NCBI GenBank assembly: GCA_964035545.1 | Contig: OZ037767.1 | Location: forward strand, 19,236,628 to 19,300,627 | DNA from: Bugula neritina | Lineage: Eukaryota > Animalia > Bryozoa | Direction: 5' to 3' | Length of the DNA stretch: 64,000 bases | Part shown: in pieces, positions 1-13,500 of the stretch | Numbering within the stretch: the stretch's first letter is position 1 | How the letters are laid out: each line of letters begins with the position of its first letter | Position numbers and translations under genes: made by a program | Notes under the pieces: model-generated | What the model was told of the DNA's origin: nothing | Databases searched by the model: none | Seen by the model: the letters and a program-made list of their open reading frames with translations, nothing else

Positions 1-258
1 TTATTGGTATGAAAATAGGTATCAACTCAATTAGTTATAAAGGAGTTACATTTTTACTGCAATGAGACTTTACTTGAAATGCACAGGTGGCAAGATTAAT
101 AAATTCACAACTACTGTGATCTTTCAAAGCAAACTGTAGTTGTTCCCTCTTTTCCTGATAACGCACACAGAGGAAACTCCAAAAAGCTAGTAGCTAACTT
201 TTAGGATGTTAGCTAATAACAGCTTAATAAAAGTTGTGTTATGTATTTAATTTTTTAG

Positions 259-2375
259 GATCCAAAGTCCCGTTTTCAACAAATAGTGCGGAGAAGTTCC
301 CAAAGCAATCACAAATTTTTTCGACATCCTTCTACAGAAAGTGACTCTGGAGATTACGTAGAGTTGCCAGGTGTTACTGTTAACAGGGCACATGCTCTAA
401 CTGACACGTCAGCAACAGGTACTTGTTCAACACCAGTAAGGGCCCTGTCAACACCAGCATGCAATTCGACTCCCAGAACATGCTTTGGTGCATCAGAAGG
501 TGTGAGTGACAAGAGCTCTCTGGATGGCTTTAGGTGAGATAGCTTTGACCAGGTTACCTACTGATATTACTCGCTCAGTTAAATAGATTTGTAAAGCTGC
601 TTGCCCGCAAAATAGACGTTTTCTTGATTGACAAATTCACTGAGTGAAATGGCTTCGGTGACTTTGTTACAGGTGTATTATGCAAAAGTTTGAGCAAGTG
701 AATGCTTACTTTTTATTGAAGTGTAGCAGGAAAATTATATTATTTGCATTTAATACCTGCTTCCAGAGTTACCTCGTTAGCAAGTTTAATTTACCTATTG
801 ATTATAGTTAGTGATATACTATACTATCTAGTGATATACTATACTATCTAGTGCTATACTATACTATCTAGTGATATACTATACTGTCTAGTGCTATACT
901 ATACTATCTAGTGATATCACCTACCGCTGCCTTTTCTTCTCCTATACAGTCAGCTAGCGGTTATAAAGACAATCAGTGCTGTGATGCCGTCAGTACAAAC
1001 TGTAGAAAAGCCAGAAAAGGTGGAAGTTCGAAGTACTATTAGAAGAAGAAGGTCAATCAAAAGATCAGGCACTTCTGGCTCTCAAAGAAACAGCATGTAT
1101 GAGAAGATAACTTATTATTAAAAAAAACTCACACAAGTTTATAGTCGTTATCCCTGTGAGAACCCCTGATAGAAAGGGTGTTTAAGTGGTCTCAGAATTT
1201 GGTTTCTATTGCGCCAAAGAAGCATTCGTGGCTCACGGCCTTCCCTAACATCATCAATGGCCTTTACTGGGATTCGAACCACTGACTGATTGGGTTTACT
1301 AAACCACTGCTCCTGCCATTAGATCACAGATGTTCCTTATTTGTATATACCTAGTACCATATCACATACATATGTGGAAACAAATGTATCATGCCCAACA
1401 CATACATGTTCAGAATTATATGTAAAATGCTTGAAGCCCTTAGCAACATATATTTTATACAATACGATAATAAATATAATATGTATGGCTTTATGCTGCA
1501 ATTAAATTATTGTAGATGACTATTTTTAAACATATCAACCTGTATAATTTTAGAGACCAGTCAACCTACAACAAGGAGAGCTTTAATCAATCAAACAGGT
1601 TCTCGGACATGTTGTTGAAGTTGGACAGAATCTTGAGTGACCATGACTTGTACAGGTCAGTCAATAATGTCGCAATCATCTCACAAGTTATTGCATTTTT
1701 TTCTATATAAATATGCTATGGTAGCGGGTGAGAGCGGGGGGGGGGGGTTGAGGTTGCAGCCTGTTAGCACCAATTAACTTAGCCATAATGCCGCAATGCC
1801 TATTACTATTTATTCATTTCCCATAATCATCTAACATATTAGTATAACTTAAAGCAGATCCTATAAGCATCATGATGAGGCTTCTCATAGCATACTATAT
1901 CACAGTTTCTAATTTTATATTAGAAGTTTCTTACGTTATATAATTTTATTTGGGCTCAATTGGTTTCATTTCAACAAATATAAACATGCTTCCAGAGTAT
2001 AGAATAATAGCAGTATAGAAGTGCGCACCTACAGGGTCATGATAGTGTATGTAACCTGGAATCGCAATGTAAAAATGTCAATTTTGGAGTTGTTTCCCTG
2101 TCTATGAAAACTGGCTAGAATCAATTTATCTTGTATTAATAAAAGCTTTGGTAGTAGGATAGTTACTACAACTTCTTTCTGGCACTCTACCTCGAAATAT
2201 GTTTTATAATTTGGTTGTAAGTATATCTTTCAGCTTTAAATTCTTTAGATCCTGTAAGGAGCATTACATCTCCTTTAGCAGATCACACACAGGGTGGAGA
2301 CCACAACTCCGACAAGTTATATTTGCTTTGCTCATTTGTATTGTATATTTACAGCTCAAAATATTGTTAACATAG
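259..2375 (+). CDS. 3' part of an unidentified spliced gene (5' end outside window); Ser/Thr-rich region ending in a hydrophobic, tail-anchor-like C-terminus
   Basis: Four AG/GT-bounded exons join in one open frame: 259-533, 950-1096, 1554-1655, 2249-2375 (TAG). The translation ends ...RPQLRQVIFALLICIVYLQLKILLT*. AATAAA near 2826. No family recognised. Confidence 0.6.
809..918. repeat. 20-bp minisatellite (TAGTGATATACTATACTATC, ~5.5 copies)
   Basis: Direct tandem copies ending ~30 nt upstream of the acceptor at 949/950. Confidence 0.9.
1120..1337 (-). mobile_element. tRNA-derived SINE, diverged copy
   Basis: Shares CAAGTTTATAGTC..ATCCCTGTGAGAACCCCTGATAGAAAGGG and TTCCCTAACATCATCAATGGCC with the copies at 14260 and 29392; B-box-like GGTTCGAATCCC on the minus strand. 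Confidence 0.8.
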
Positions 2376-2880
2376 AATTGTTTTTTGGTGACTTCAAGAA
2401 TTAAAAACTTTATATTTTTTTAAACAAATAGATGATTCATATCAGTAAGCCAGCTTAATGGTTGTTAAATATTAAATATATAAATTAATTCAATATTATC
2501 CAATTAGTAACTATATAATGATAAAATGTTACTAGTGTTTAAACCTATTTTGTTGAATTAAGTTAACTCAAGTTATATAGAATCTGTTGCAGCATACTAC
2601 ATGTTAGTGGTACTACAGTTTGCCTGCAGTTCCAATTGACTAGCTACTCCATGCAAACAGTTTTACTTTAAACAATAACTATGATGGAATATATCTGTTC
2701 TGTAATGAATGTATGAATTGCAACTGTGCACATGTAACACTGCTCATTATGGTTTGTACAAATACTGAAATTATTATAATTATTTTAGTATTTTATTCCA
2801 TATTTTCTAGTCACAGAAAACTGTCAATAAAAACTCTCAAAACTCACAGAATTACGTTAAATTTAGAATAAGCTTTAGTT

Positions 2881-3242
2881 CAGGGGTGTACAACCTTTTC
2901 AGAGCAAGAGCCATTGAAATGGAATATCCCATGGCTAGGGCCACATTGTATAAACTCAGGCTTAAGCTGGGGAGACACAGTATCAGTACCTTTTAAATAA
3001 TTTCCTTCCCAACTTCCTATGAATCAACAACAAAGTCCCACTAATCACTGTAGTCTGTGTGTTTATAGCACATACGTATATAAAAAAGACATTTAAAAGG
3101 TGGTTTTCCACCATAATCCATATACATGTGAAAAATAATTTTATCCGCTATGTCATTGAGGGCCACATAAATTCAGGCGGGTGGGAGAGGGAGGGCGGCA
3201 TTTTTAACTCTGCATGAGGCCTCCAGCTGTTGGACAGCCTTG
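2881..3242. mobile_element. Non-autonomous hAT-type MITE
   Basis: Imperfect TIRs CAGGGGTGTACAAC / GTTGGACAGCCTTG and an exact 8-bp TSD CTTTAGTT (2873-2880, 3243-3250); an 8-bp TSD with CAG termini is typical of hAT. Confidence 0.8.
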
Positions 3243-3344
3243 CTTTAGTTGAAAGCTAAAAAGAGCACAACTCAAAAGTAGTGACATTGAGAGGCTTGGC
3301 ATATACTCACTAGATATATTATAACTGTACATATACTAGCTATC

Positions 3345-3640
3345 CGTATATACATTATACCTAGCCTACTGTATATACATATACACACTATATATGTACT
3401 GTATATACACACTATATATGTACTGTGTATATACACTATATGTATTATATATACACACTAGATGTATACTGTATATACACACTGTATGTACGGTATATAC
3501 ACACACTATATGTACTGTATATACACACTATATGTATTATATATACACACTAGATGTATACTGTATATACACACTGTATGTACGGTATATACACACTATA
3601 TATGTACTGTATACACACACTATATGTATACTGTATATCT
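3345..3640. repeat. ~22-bp degenerate minisatellite (TATATGTACTGTATATACACAC)
   Basis: Visible tandem array; it generates the spurious ORFs 3394-3720 and 3462-3668. Confidence 0.9.
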
Positions 3641-4595
3641 ACATTATAGACATGCACTTGCTCATTAATGCTGTTTATGAGGTTTGTGTCAGGTCAAGCA
3701 GTAAGAATAAGTATGAATAGCAGAGAACTAAAGAGATGACAACTACAATTTACATATCAGGTGTTCTATGCCATGGACACATGCGCTGGTTAGATTCATT
3801 ATACATTTATTATAATAACTGTATACATAAGATGAAGTACAGGTGTAAGGTAGTCAATTTTTGAAATGCTTAACTTGATAAAAAATACATGATATAGTAA
3901 ATGAATGTATGAATAAAATCAAGATAGTAGAACAATAGTTTGGTAAACAAGTAAATATAGGCAGTATAAAAAGTTGTAATAAAAATAATTCTCTTACAGC
4001 AACGTAGATATGGAATAATACTGGAAAAACAGTCCTTAACTACTAAATATATGTACAGCTCCCTACTATAGAAAAGACCACATTTCCAAAAACACAACAC
4101 ATACAACATCAATCTCCACGAACCCTTCTGCTCTCCCTTTAATCACACAGCCGAAACCGTTTAGATAAGAGTTCAAGATGTCCAGTCACAAAGTGACTCA
4201 TCATGTAATAAAGCATGCATAAGTATGTAAATATTACAGGGTACTTAATATAACAATCTATTCATTTCAGGGTTATAATTGACCCACATTAGATTCAGTT
4301 GGCAATGAAAGATTTATGAAATGGCTAAAATAGGGTAATGGGCATATGTTAAAATAAAAGTATGCTCAAATACTTGTAGGTGTGTAAATTCTAACTCATG
4401 CGGATAAAAATTGTAGGAATTAAAAAGGTTGCGATACATGTACACACACATATGTTAATGTGTATACATGGCACAATAAGCATTACCATTACGTATTGCA
4501 ACAGAATTAATATAGTATTATAGAATATATTATATATAAAGTTATTGCAAAGATAAAATAATATAATACAACATTTCCCCTTCTCCTTGTTTCAT

Positions 4596-7500
4596 TTAGT
4601 CAAGTGTGTATGCATCACGAAGACCTCCATTAAAATAGTCAATAGTGGAGTCGTTATCAAACATGCTTGACTTGTCGTGTTGGTAAAAGCAATGCGCTTT
4701 ATCGGAGTTGTACAGAGCGTCATGTGTATAGCCAGGAGTGTAAGCATTGCCATATCCACCACTGCCAACCATATAGCTCTGGATTTGGCTGTTTAAGGAA
4801 GGGTAAACGGCAGCGGAGATGTTTGATCTTAGCTTCCAGAACCTGTCCATTTCCTCTTGCCTTCTCTCTGAGGCAGCGGACTACAAAACAGGAAAACAAT
4901 AGAAATTTATGTCATAAATATTAATATACATTTTGTTAAGAAAGATAGCATTGGCTGTTCATAGCTTTTGCAGCTTTACTTTTCAGCTTATTGGCTATAT
5001 ACTTAAAATAACTACCTTTTAGAAGGAAAGAAGAGCTAAACCTAGCTTTATAGTTTGATAATTTTGCCAGGGAAAAGATCTGCATGCATTAATATTTGTG
5101 AGCAATGCTTGCATTAATAGAATTTTTACATTAACTTTAATTTCATTGCTTGTATAAATGTAAGAGCATCAATTTTATAGTATGATTTTCCTCTAATGTT
5201 ATTCTTCATTTATAAGTATTTGTTCGGTACTTGCTGCATATAAAAATTCAAATGTGTTTTATTTTAGAGTAAAAGATACAGTCAATAAGTAAACAAAAAT
5301 TCCACCACTAGTAAAAAAGGTGTCACCTGTACAAAACATTGCGTCAGTGAAATTGAAAAACTACAAGCTAATAATATTTGCGTTTAACTTCACTGCTGGC
5401 CTTATTTCTTTGGCTACAGATGCAAGATAAATTAAATTTTTATTTTTAAATCTCACTCCATTTCAATAAAACGCAATGTAGTGGAATGTAGCACTAAATT
5501 AAGAAAAATGGGCTCGCTAAATAACTAGCAGCCAATCAGGTGACATCAGACAATATTCGAACTTGTCGTTCAGCATTCTCAACACATGAAATTCATGTAC
5601 AGTGGACACCTTTTTCTACATGTGGTTCGAATTTTTGTCTTCGAAAATACGCCCCATGTGGACCTACGCTTACTTATTGCCTGCTATTTAAGCTAAAGAA
5701 ACTACAGAGCATTTTTGGTCCACATACCACATTAAGATAGACGACCTGAATGTCATTAAAGTCGATGCATCCAAATACTTGAGTTGTCTTACCTTGTTGT
5801 CCTGTGAGGATGAAAGTGGGAGGATGTTGTTGCTAAGCAACTCGTACGCAGAATTAGAGCTAGTATGTCCACTAGAGCTGGGGTTCCTCTGTCTTGCTAG
5901 TTCAGGAGCTGAGCCCTCCATGCCATGTATTCCGGAAACACCAGACAACCCGTGTAAGCCAAGTCGCGGTAGAGGCTTGAAAGCCGAACAATGATCTTCA
6001 TACTGTCTCCTGTAAAACCATAACAAGAAATTTGAAGAGTTCAAAGCAATGTATATATAAAATAGCAAACATTGCAGTAGACATCGCTGTAACAGCAGAG
6101 AAAATCAACAAAAACACAACAAAAATAATATACATGTAGATGTTTTCAATGCACAATGGCTTCATTTTCATAGAAACGGCTTCTTTCTTATTAGTAACAC
6201 TTACTTATATTTTTATAAAGATTCTCAGTAGCTACCAATAACTCAGCCACCTCAAGTGAAAACACAACTTAAGTCAAGTTACCGCAACACTTACCTGGCA
6301 GTAGAAGGGAACAGGTGTGGAGCAGCTAACCGATGATAACTTCCCTCGGGAGTCGTGTAGGTAGTAGACACTGCCGAGGGGTTACTAGCCGGAGACATCA
6401 GCTTGTTCATCACTTCCTGCTGACTAGACTGCTGCTGCTGAATCAGAGGTGCGTTGTGACAGGCAGTCGGTTGCTCTAAATTGGTAATTCCGTTATAAAC
6501 CATCCAAACAAAACACATCATAATGGAATCTTACACTATTTTATAACGGAATAAAACGTTGACAGTAAACTAGGTATTACCCATTTAGGTGCAGCAGTGG
6601 AGAAATTGAGATAGCCTAAGTTCTTTAATTTTTGTATTAAATTTTGGTTTGGGGCGTGGGCTGAGATTCTTGTAAGAACATAACTTCTTTTGTTACAATT
6701 TTAATCTAGAGGCTGTTTCTCCATTACTGCACCTACCTTGCATAACCAATTGCGTTACAAACCAACAAAACAAAACAAAACCATCATAATGGAATATTAC
6801 ACCATTTGCTAAGGGAATAAAAAGTTGACAGTAAACTAGGTATTACCAATGACTGTCCAGTTATAAAACTAAGCTGTTTCCCAACTGATTAATTGGGAGC
6901 AATGTCGTACCATACAAAAATATGTAAACAGGTTTGCGAAATAAATTCTAGAATTCAGTGTTGTGAGAATAGAATTACCTTCAACTTTACAGATCATGTT
7001 TTCCACTGCTTGAATAGACTGTGGTTGTTGCAGAGCATTGGCAGTGGCAACTCCTACAGCTGTTACACCAGCGTGTTTGTTCTTGATATGGTTCTGCAGA
7101 TAGGTGTCCTACAAAATCCAACATCTCCACTGAAGAAATCATAAGGTTTGCTAGAAAAGGCAATAGTCATGTGACCTCATGTTAGCCATAAAAATGGATG
7201 AAAATTCTGGGGGTGTAGAGAGAATGAGTGGGTTGATGCGGCGACTAAGGAATCATGGAGATGTATATTGAGTGAGTATACAAAGTGAGTATACAGAGTG
7301 AAGGTACAGAGTGAGTACAGTGAGTGAGTGAGTATACAGAGTGAGTATACTGAGTGATTAGTACTGAGTGAGTATACAGAGTGATTAGTACTGAGTGAGT
7401 ATACAGAGTGAGTATACAGAGTGATTAGTACTGAGTGAGTATACAGAGTGAGTATACAGAGTGAGTATACAGAGTGAGTATACAGAGTGAGTATACTGAG

Positions 7501-10500
7501 TGAGTATACTGAGTGAGTATACAGAGTGAGTATACAGAGTGAGTATACTGAGTGAGTATACTGAGTGAGTATACAGAGTGAGTATACAGAGTGAGTGTAC
7601 AGAGTGAGTGTACTGAGTGAGTATACAGAATGAGTATACAGAGTGAGTATACAGAGTGATTAGTACTGAGTGAGTATACTGAGTGAGTATACAGAGTGAG
7701 TATACTGAGTGAGTATGTAGAGTGAGTATGCTGGGTGATTAGTACTGAGTGAGTATACTGAGTGAAAATACTGAGTGACTATATTGACTTAGTATATGAA
7801 GATAGTGAGTAACAGAACTCCACCTGAGAATGACAGCTGCTACCAACTTGTAGGCAGGGTTTACACAACTAGCCAATTGACCAACAAAGTGGAGTACAGT
7901 AACAGCTATGAAGTGTGAAGGTAAAATGACAGAAGTAGTTTGACGTATGAACTAGAATCACTACCTACATCTTAGCCAGCTGCTAGTTATACTATGTTAT
8001 GTGTGAGCTAATTGCAACAGAAGAGAAATTTACTGCTGAAAGTTGGCGACAAGAAGGCCTGACATCCCAAGATGGATGAAATGTTTGGCACTAGTTGGGA
8101 ACTGGCAGTCAGTTCTCTTTGACAATGATTGCAAAGTTGATACTGATTTATGAGAAGTTATCGATGTAATGATGTGAGGTTTAGAGAATAGCCTGCCAAA
8201 TAATCGAGAAAGAGCTAATAAGCCTTTGGTCCAACTTTTCAAGTCATTTGGGACTTGCACCATGTTACAGCCAATAGAAAGTAAGACTGGGTTATGTAGG
8301 CTACCAAGGCTTTGACAGATTAAACTTAGTACACGATAATGCAAGTTTAATTGTGATTGACTCGTCCCTAAATCTGTATCCTGGCCTGTAAAAGGTTGGT
8401 TTGTTTTTTGGCACACAGGTTAATCAAAACAAAATAAGCTGATACCACAACCGGCATATCTCTCTGGTTGCCATGGTGATGATAGGTTGGAGATGATGAC
8501 CACAGTATACTAAACAAAGAGCACAAAACAACAGTGACTATAGACACTGCATCACATAGTATAGTGTCTATAGTGACTACACAGTACAGTGACTACACAG
8601 TACAGTGACTATACACTACAGTGACTGCACAGTACAGTGACTGCACAGTATGGTGACTGCACAGTACAGTGACTATACAGTACAGTGACTATACACTACA
8701 GTGACTACACAGTACAGTGACTACACAGTATGGTCACTGCACAGTACAGTGACTATACAGTACAGTGACTATACAGTACAGTGACTAGACAGTACAGTGA
8801 CTACACAGTACAGTGACTATACAGTACAGTGATCGTAGCAAATACAACACACTCACACATATACAGTATACGCACAGTATATTGTGCTATAGTATAATTT
8901 GCTACTTTCTCAGATTGATGTAATAATTTCATGGAAGCAAATATAGTTCTCGGATTCAACCAAGGAGCGCAATATTATGGTTCTTAGTCTAAACCCAAAC
9001 ACAGGGGACACTTGGTGACAGTCCAAACTCTAGAGTCAAGATCAATGACCCAGCATATAGTAGAAGGAATAAGAAAAGTATTTCAACAATATAAAGATTG
9101 ACAGAGTAGATAAAACTGATGACGGCACTGTTTGCTGATGATATGGAACTAATGTGTGCCCACAGCATGGCTTTATGCACACATGTAATCGTGTTCAATA
9201 CATGTTTCAGCTTTCATGTCACGCCAGGGGCTTTAATACAAGACATTATTCAAAACACATTGATATACTGGTGTTGCGAAATCTTCAATCATGCAGAAGT
9301 TAGGGAAATGGAGATATGATATTGGGTTACTGGTATTATAGTGGGACAAGTAGTGGGGCGTGAAGAAGTTGGCAAGCAGAGTGTGTAGGCTGTTGAAAGA
9401 TGTAATGGCAGGGTTAGACTAAGTTTAAAGAGATATAAGAATAATGACTTGGCACTAACAAAACTTACAGACTGGCGCTGTATGACATCTACAGTTTGAA
9501 TACTAACAGACAATGAGCTCTAACAGACAGTGAGCTCTAACAGACAATGAGCTCTAACAGACAAGAAGATTTGTTAAGACAAAGTAGATACCTATTGTCA
9601 TTATAAAATTTAAGAAAATATACAAACATTAACTAAATCATAATCAAATTATTACTTGTTGGAAAAATGACAACATACAGTCCAAGAGAGGGTTGGGCCA
9701 AGCTGATTGGCCAAAGACTGACTTGTTTAGTTTCATGGGAACTGGTTATCAGCCAACTTATAGAGAGGTTCCAGTTTAGAAGTTGATAGAAGTTTATCAA
9801 AGACATAGTTAATGCAAGCATGAAGAATTCGATTTGGCAGGGCACACAGCAATGCAATAAAATATTAATGCATTATTATATTTCTATGACATGACTTATT
9901 GCAACAGCATTACAATGCTAAAATACTGTGATGACATCACGTGTTGGTGACATCAGCATGACCAAACAGATACCATTAGAAATGTTTCAAAGGAATTAAG
10001 TTCACCGCCATTAGCTATAATAAATATTACCACCATCAAAATAATGGGGAGATTGATGTATGACCCATTAGGCAAGTGTTTAGTGAGGTACTAATTCCAA
10101 GGGACTGCTAAATCCTATGAAGCTGCAATTTTATTTATGAGTTATTTCTTTTACAAATAGAAAAATTAAAATTATAGGCTTTGTTGCCCAACAACTTTCT
10201 ATTTATAGCCCCCTCCCCTAAAAAATGTCAAATTATATATTTCAAAACGAAACGAAGATAAAAAGTTGCCAAAAAGTCAGCCAACAAAATATTGCAAACT
10301 GTGATTGTGTCATGAGTTAATGGGGTGTCACACGCTCATCTTTCAAAGGGATTATGTCACATCAGAGTAAGTAAACAGGCCATACCTGTGTGTATGACTT
10401 TCCACATTCCTCACACACGTAGTTTCGGACCCTCTTGTTCACCATATGGGTGCGGAGATGGGCGTTCAAGCTTGCTTCGTCGTAATAGCACTTGTAACAA

Positions 10501-13500
10501 GACGTGCACCTGTGAGAAATATTCTACAGTATGTATTTGCAATGTTGGTTTAAAGTGCAAAGCAGTGCATAGATATAATAATTGTTGATAGATTTCTGTC
10601 ACAATGCAAGTTGCTGTGAATGTCACGCTGAAATGTGTATATGTCCTACACAAGCCTTATGATTTAGTCACCGAGTTTATAGGTAACTAATTCTTACAAT
10701 AAAATATAAAATCTAATCGACAAACTATATTAATCTAACTCTATTTGAATCTGCAATCAATTTGGAAATCTGGAACTTATTTCCATTCATGACTCAATAT
10801 TTGTTGACCTTTCATGTTCCCAAAGTCTAGTAGAGTATAAAATAACAGCATATTTCAAACTAGCACCTTATGTAATATGTGGAGCATGCAATCAAAGTTG
10901 AGCAAATCAAAGACAGTATAATATGTTTAATACAGTATTCCCTCAATATCTTACAGTTCCAGTGCTCACGAAATTCCACAGGCCACGAAAAGGGCGTGAA
11001 CCCCAAAAAGGTCTTGAACCCCGAAAAGGACTTGAACCCTGAAAAGGGCTTGAACCCCAGTTTGTGGCTTATGCACGTGCTTATAGGGACAAATAGCAAA
11101 ATATAACGGATCCTTGAGCCAAATCTGGTATTCTACTATGTCCTGAACCCCCCCCCCCTCAGCTCAGTGAGATGTGGAGGGAGCACTGTATATTATTTGG
11201 AGTTTGGAAGACTAACAAGTCCCAACTACATTGTAATTCCATCTGATGATCTGTGCCTGCAGAATGGAGGCTGCGGTGAAAAATATTAGGAGGTTTATTT
11301 CTACTAATTTACATAATATTAAAATATTTATAGTCTGTGGTATAAGACTCTAGTATTGAGCTCATGAAGTAGTAGCTGCAGAAAGAGTTGATAATAACAT
11401 TAAGATTTCTATCTTCAGAACGCTAAAGCCTGCCAAAAACTTAGATTCAACTTCCTAGTGAAAAATTTATATGGGCCAATTTGGTGACTAAAATAACATG
11501 TTGATAATTAGACAAGAACAAAACAATTCTGTTGAGACTAGAAGAAAGCTATAAACATAACAATTCTGATCTCATACTATTACCTATTTTTAGATATCCT
11601 TACAGACTAGTAATTTAATTATAAATAGGTATACAAGAAACTTTTTTTATTACTTCAACTATCAAAGGAAAGTGATATTTCTGGACACCACTGTGTCCAT
11701 CTTCAGAGTTATATATTCTATAGGAAGAGAGTAAATAAAAATGGCCACCAGCTGCAAAAGATCAGTTTGGTAAACTAAATTACATTAGCCAATTATAGCA
11801 GATGGCAAAAGCTACTTCACCTATGAACAAATAGTGAGAAATGGTACTTTAAAGAGAAACTCTCTACAGTCTATACAATGTCAAGGTTGTTTTCACGCAT
11901 GTAAGACACTCCTACAGCCTTAGTTCTCCACAAAAACTCCCTTTTTATTTTCTTATGTTGTAAACACATATTTTTCAATTCAGTCAAAAATATTCAAGAA
12001 AATAAATTTTCAAGATTTTTTCAAACCAAAACTTTTTTCCAGCCTAATGTTTTACCTCTCAAAAAGTCATAACAACTTTTTCAATGCTGATAGTCAAGTA
12101 CTTAGAGACTTGAAGAGTTCTCTTTATAAGCCCACATAATGTCCAACATAATAAATCCAGTACTGGTTCACTTGGAGGGAAACTGCGTGGTTACCACAGA
12201 TTTGAGAAAACTCATTAAAAATCACCATTAAGCAAAAAATCTTATGCTGTTTTACAAGAACCCAATTTGGCATACGTTACAAAAACAAGGTATCAAAGAG
12301 AGGCTGAGTGAGCAGCTGGCCGCAATAAATCAACTGTGTGGAACTACAATGTGCTTGCATGGTGTAGGGTGTCTACAACAACAGTACTCCAACATACTTG
12401 TGTACATTGCCATCTGGTAGATGGGATCTCGTGTGGCTCTGTAGGTTCGAAAGTTGACTGAACGCTTTTGTACATCCCGGCTCTTTGCATCTGTAAGGCT
12501 TCTCACCTACAGGAAAGTATCAGTAAGTGATAGTTGTACTTGATAGTGTAATAACTGTGAGTAGTCTAGTAGTTTCAGTGACTAGTAGTTGTACTTGATA
12601 GCATAGTAACTGTGAGTATTGGTAGTATCAGTGAGTGGTAGTTGTACTTTATAGTATAGTTACTGTGAGTACTGGTTAGTAATTGTTATAATAGTGACAG
12701 TAGTAGCTCCTACTAAATGGAAAGGAGCAATGTAACAGTTGAAAGCCATAAGAATGACACTTTGCTTCTGTGTTGACAAGTGACAGTTTAAATAGTATTG
12801 ATTGGTATGATTTGTGAGTCATGAATCTGTCAGATCCATTTTATGGTGGGAGACACCTGCTGTAACATGCCAGGTCACATAACCATGTCCTATTAGAATG
12901 GTGTGTATAATGCAGGCCTTCTGCTTCTCCCTTCTCTTTTAATACTTGTCAATTGATCCAAATTAATCACAGATGCATTACAGCATTCAGTAGCCATGCT
13001 TATAGATAGTGGCCTTAGCTCTTATGTGTTTATACATTTGACATATTGATATGTGCAAGGTCTAGCATAAGCAGCATCAAAATACAAAAGGTATAATTAC
13101 TTAGGGTAGTTATAAATCTTTACAAAGTTACAATACCTAACCTACATACATGGAAATATGAAAATTGGCAAAGGTGTCTAAGATAAGATAGATAAAATAA
13201 GATTTTGTCTGAGATAGTTAAAAGTTTTTTTCATTGGTCAGTGCATCACTTTAAACATCTACATTAAAACCCGTGAACATTGCATGGATACGTGATAACT
13301 CAATATATTTTACTCAATGATTTTGCATTCAGTGTTATAGTAATTTTACTATTTTACTATTACAAGGAGCTTAGATAATTTTGAGGAGTTGCTTTTAGAA
13401 AAAAATAGTGAAAATGTCAGCCTAGCCAAACAAATTGCAGGATGAAATAAAGATATTTACTGTTGCTTACTTATTGTTGAATATATTTACTGTTGCTAAC

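Noticed and set aside
7269-7790. GTGAGT-rich array as another splice-donor multimer
   Set aside because: The GTGAGT motifs are antisense to the host zinc-finger gene and the array is ~160 nt from the nearest junction, so it was not counted as junction-anchored.
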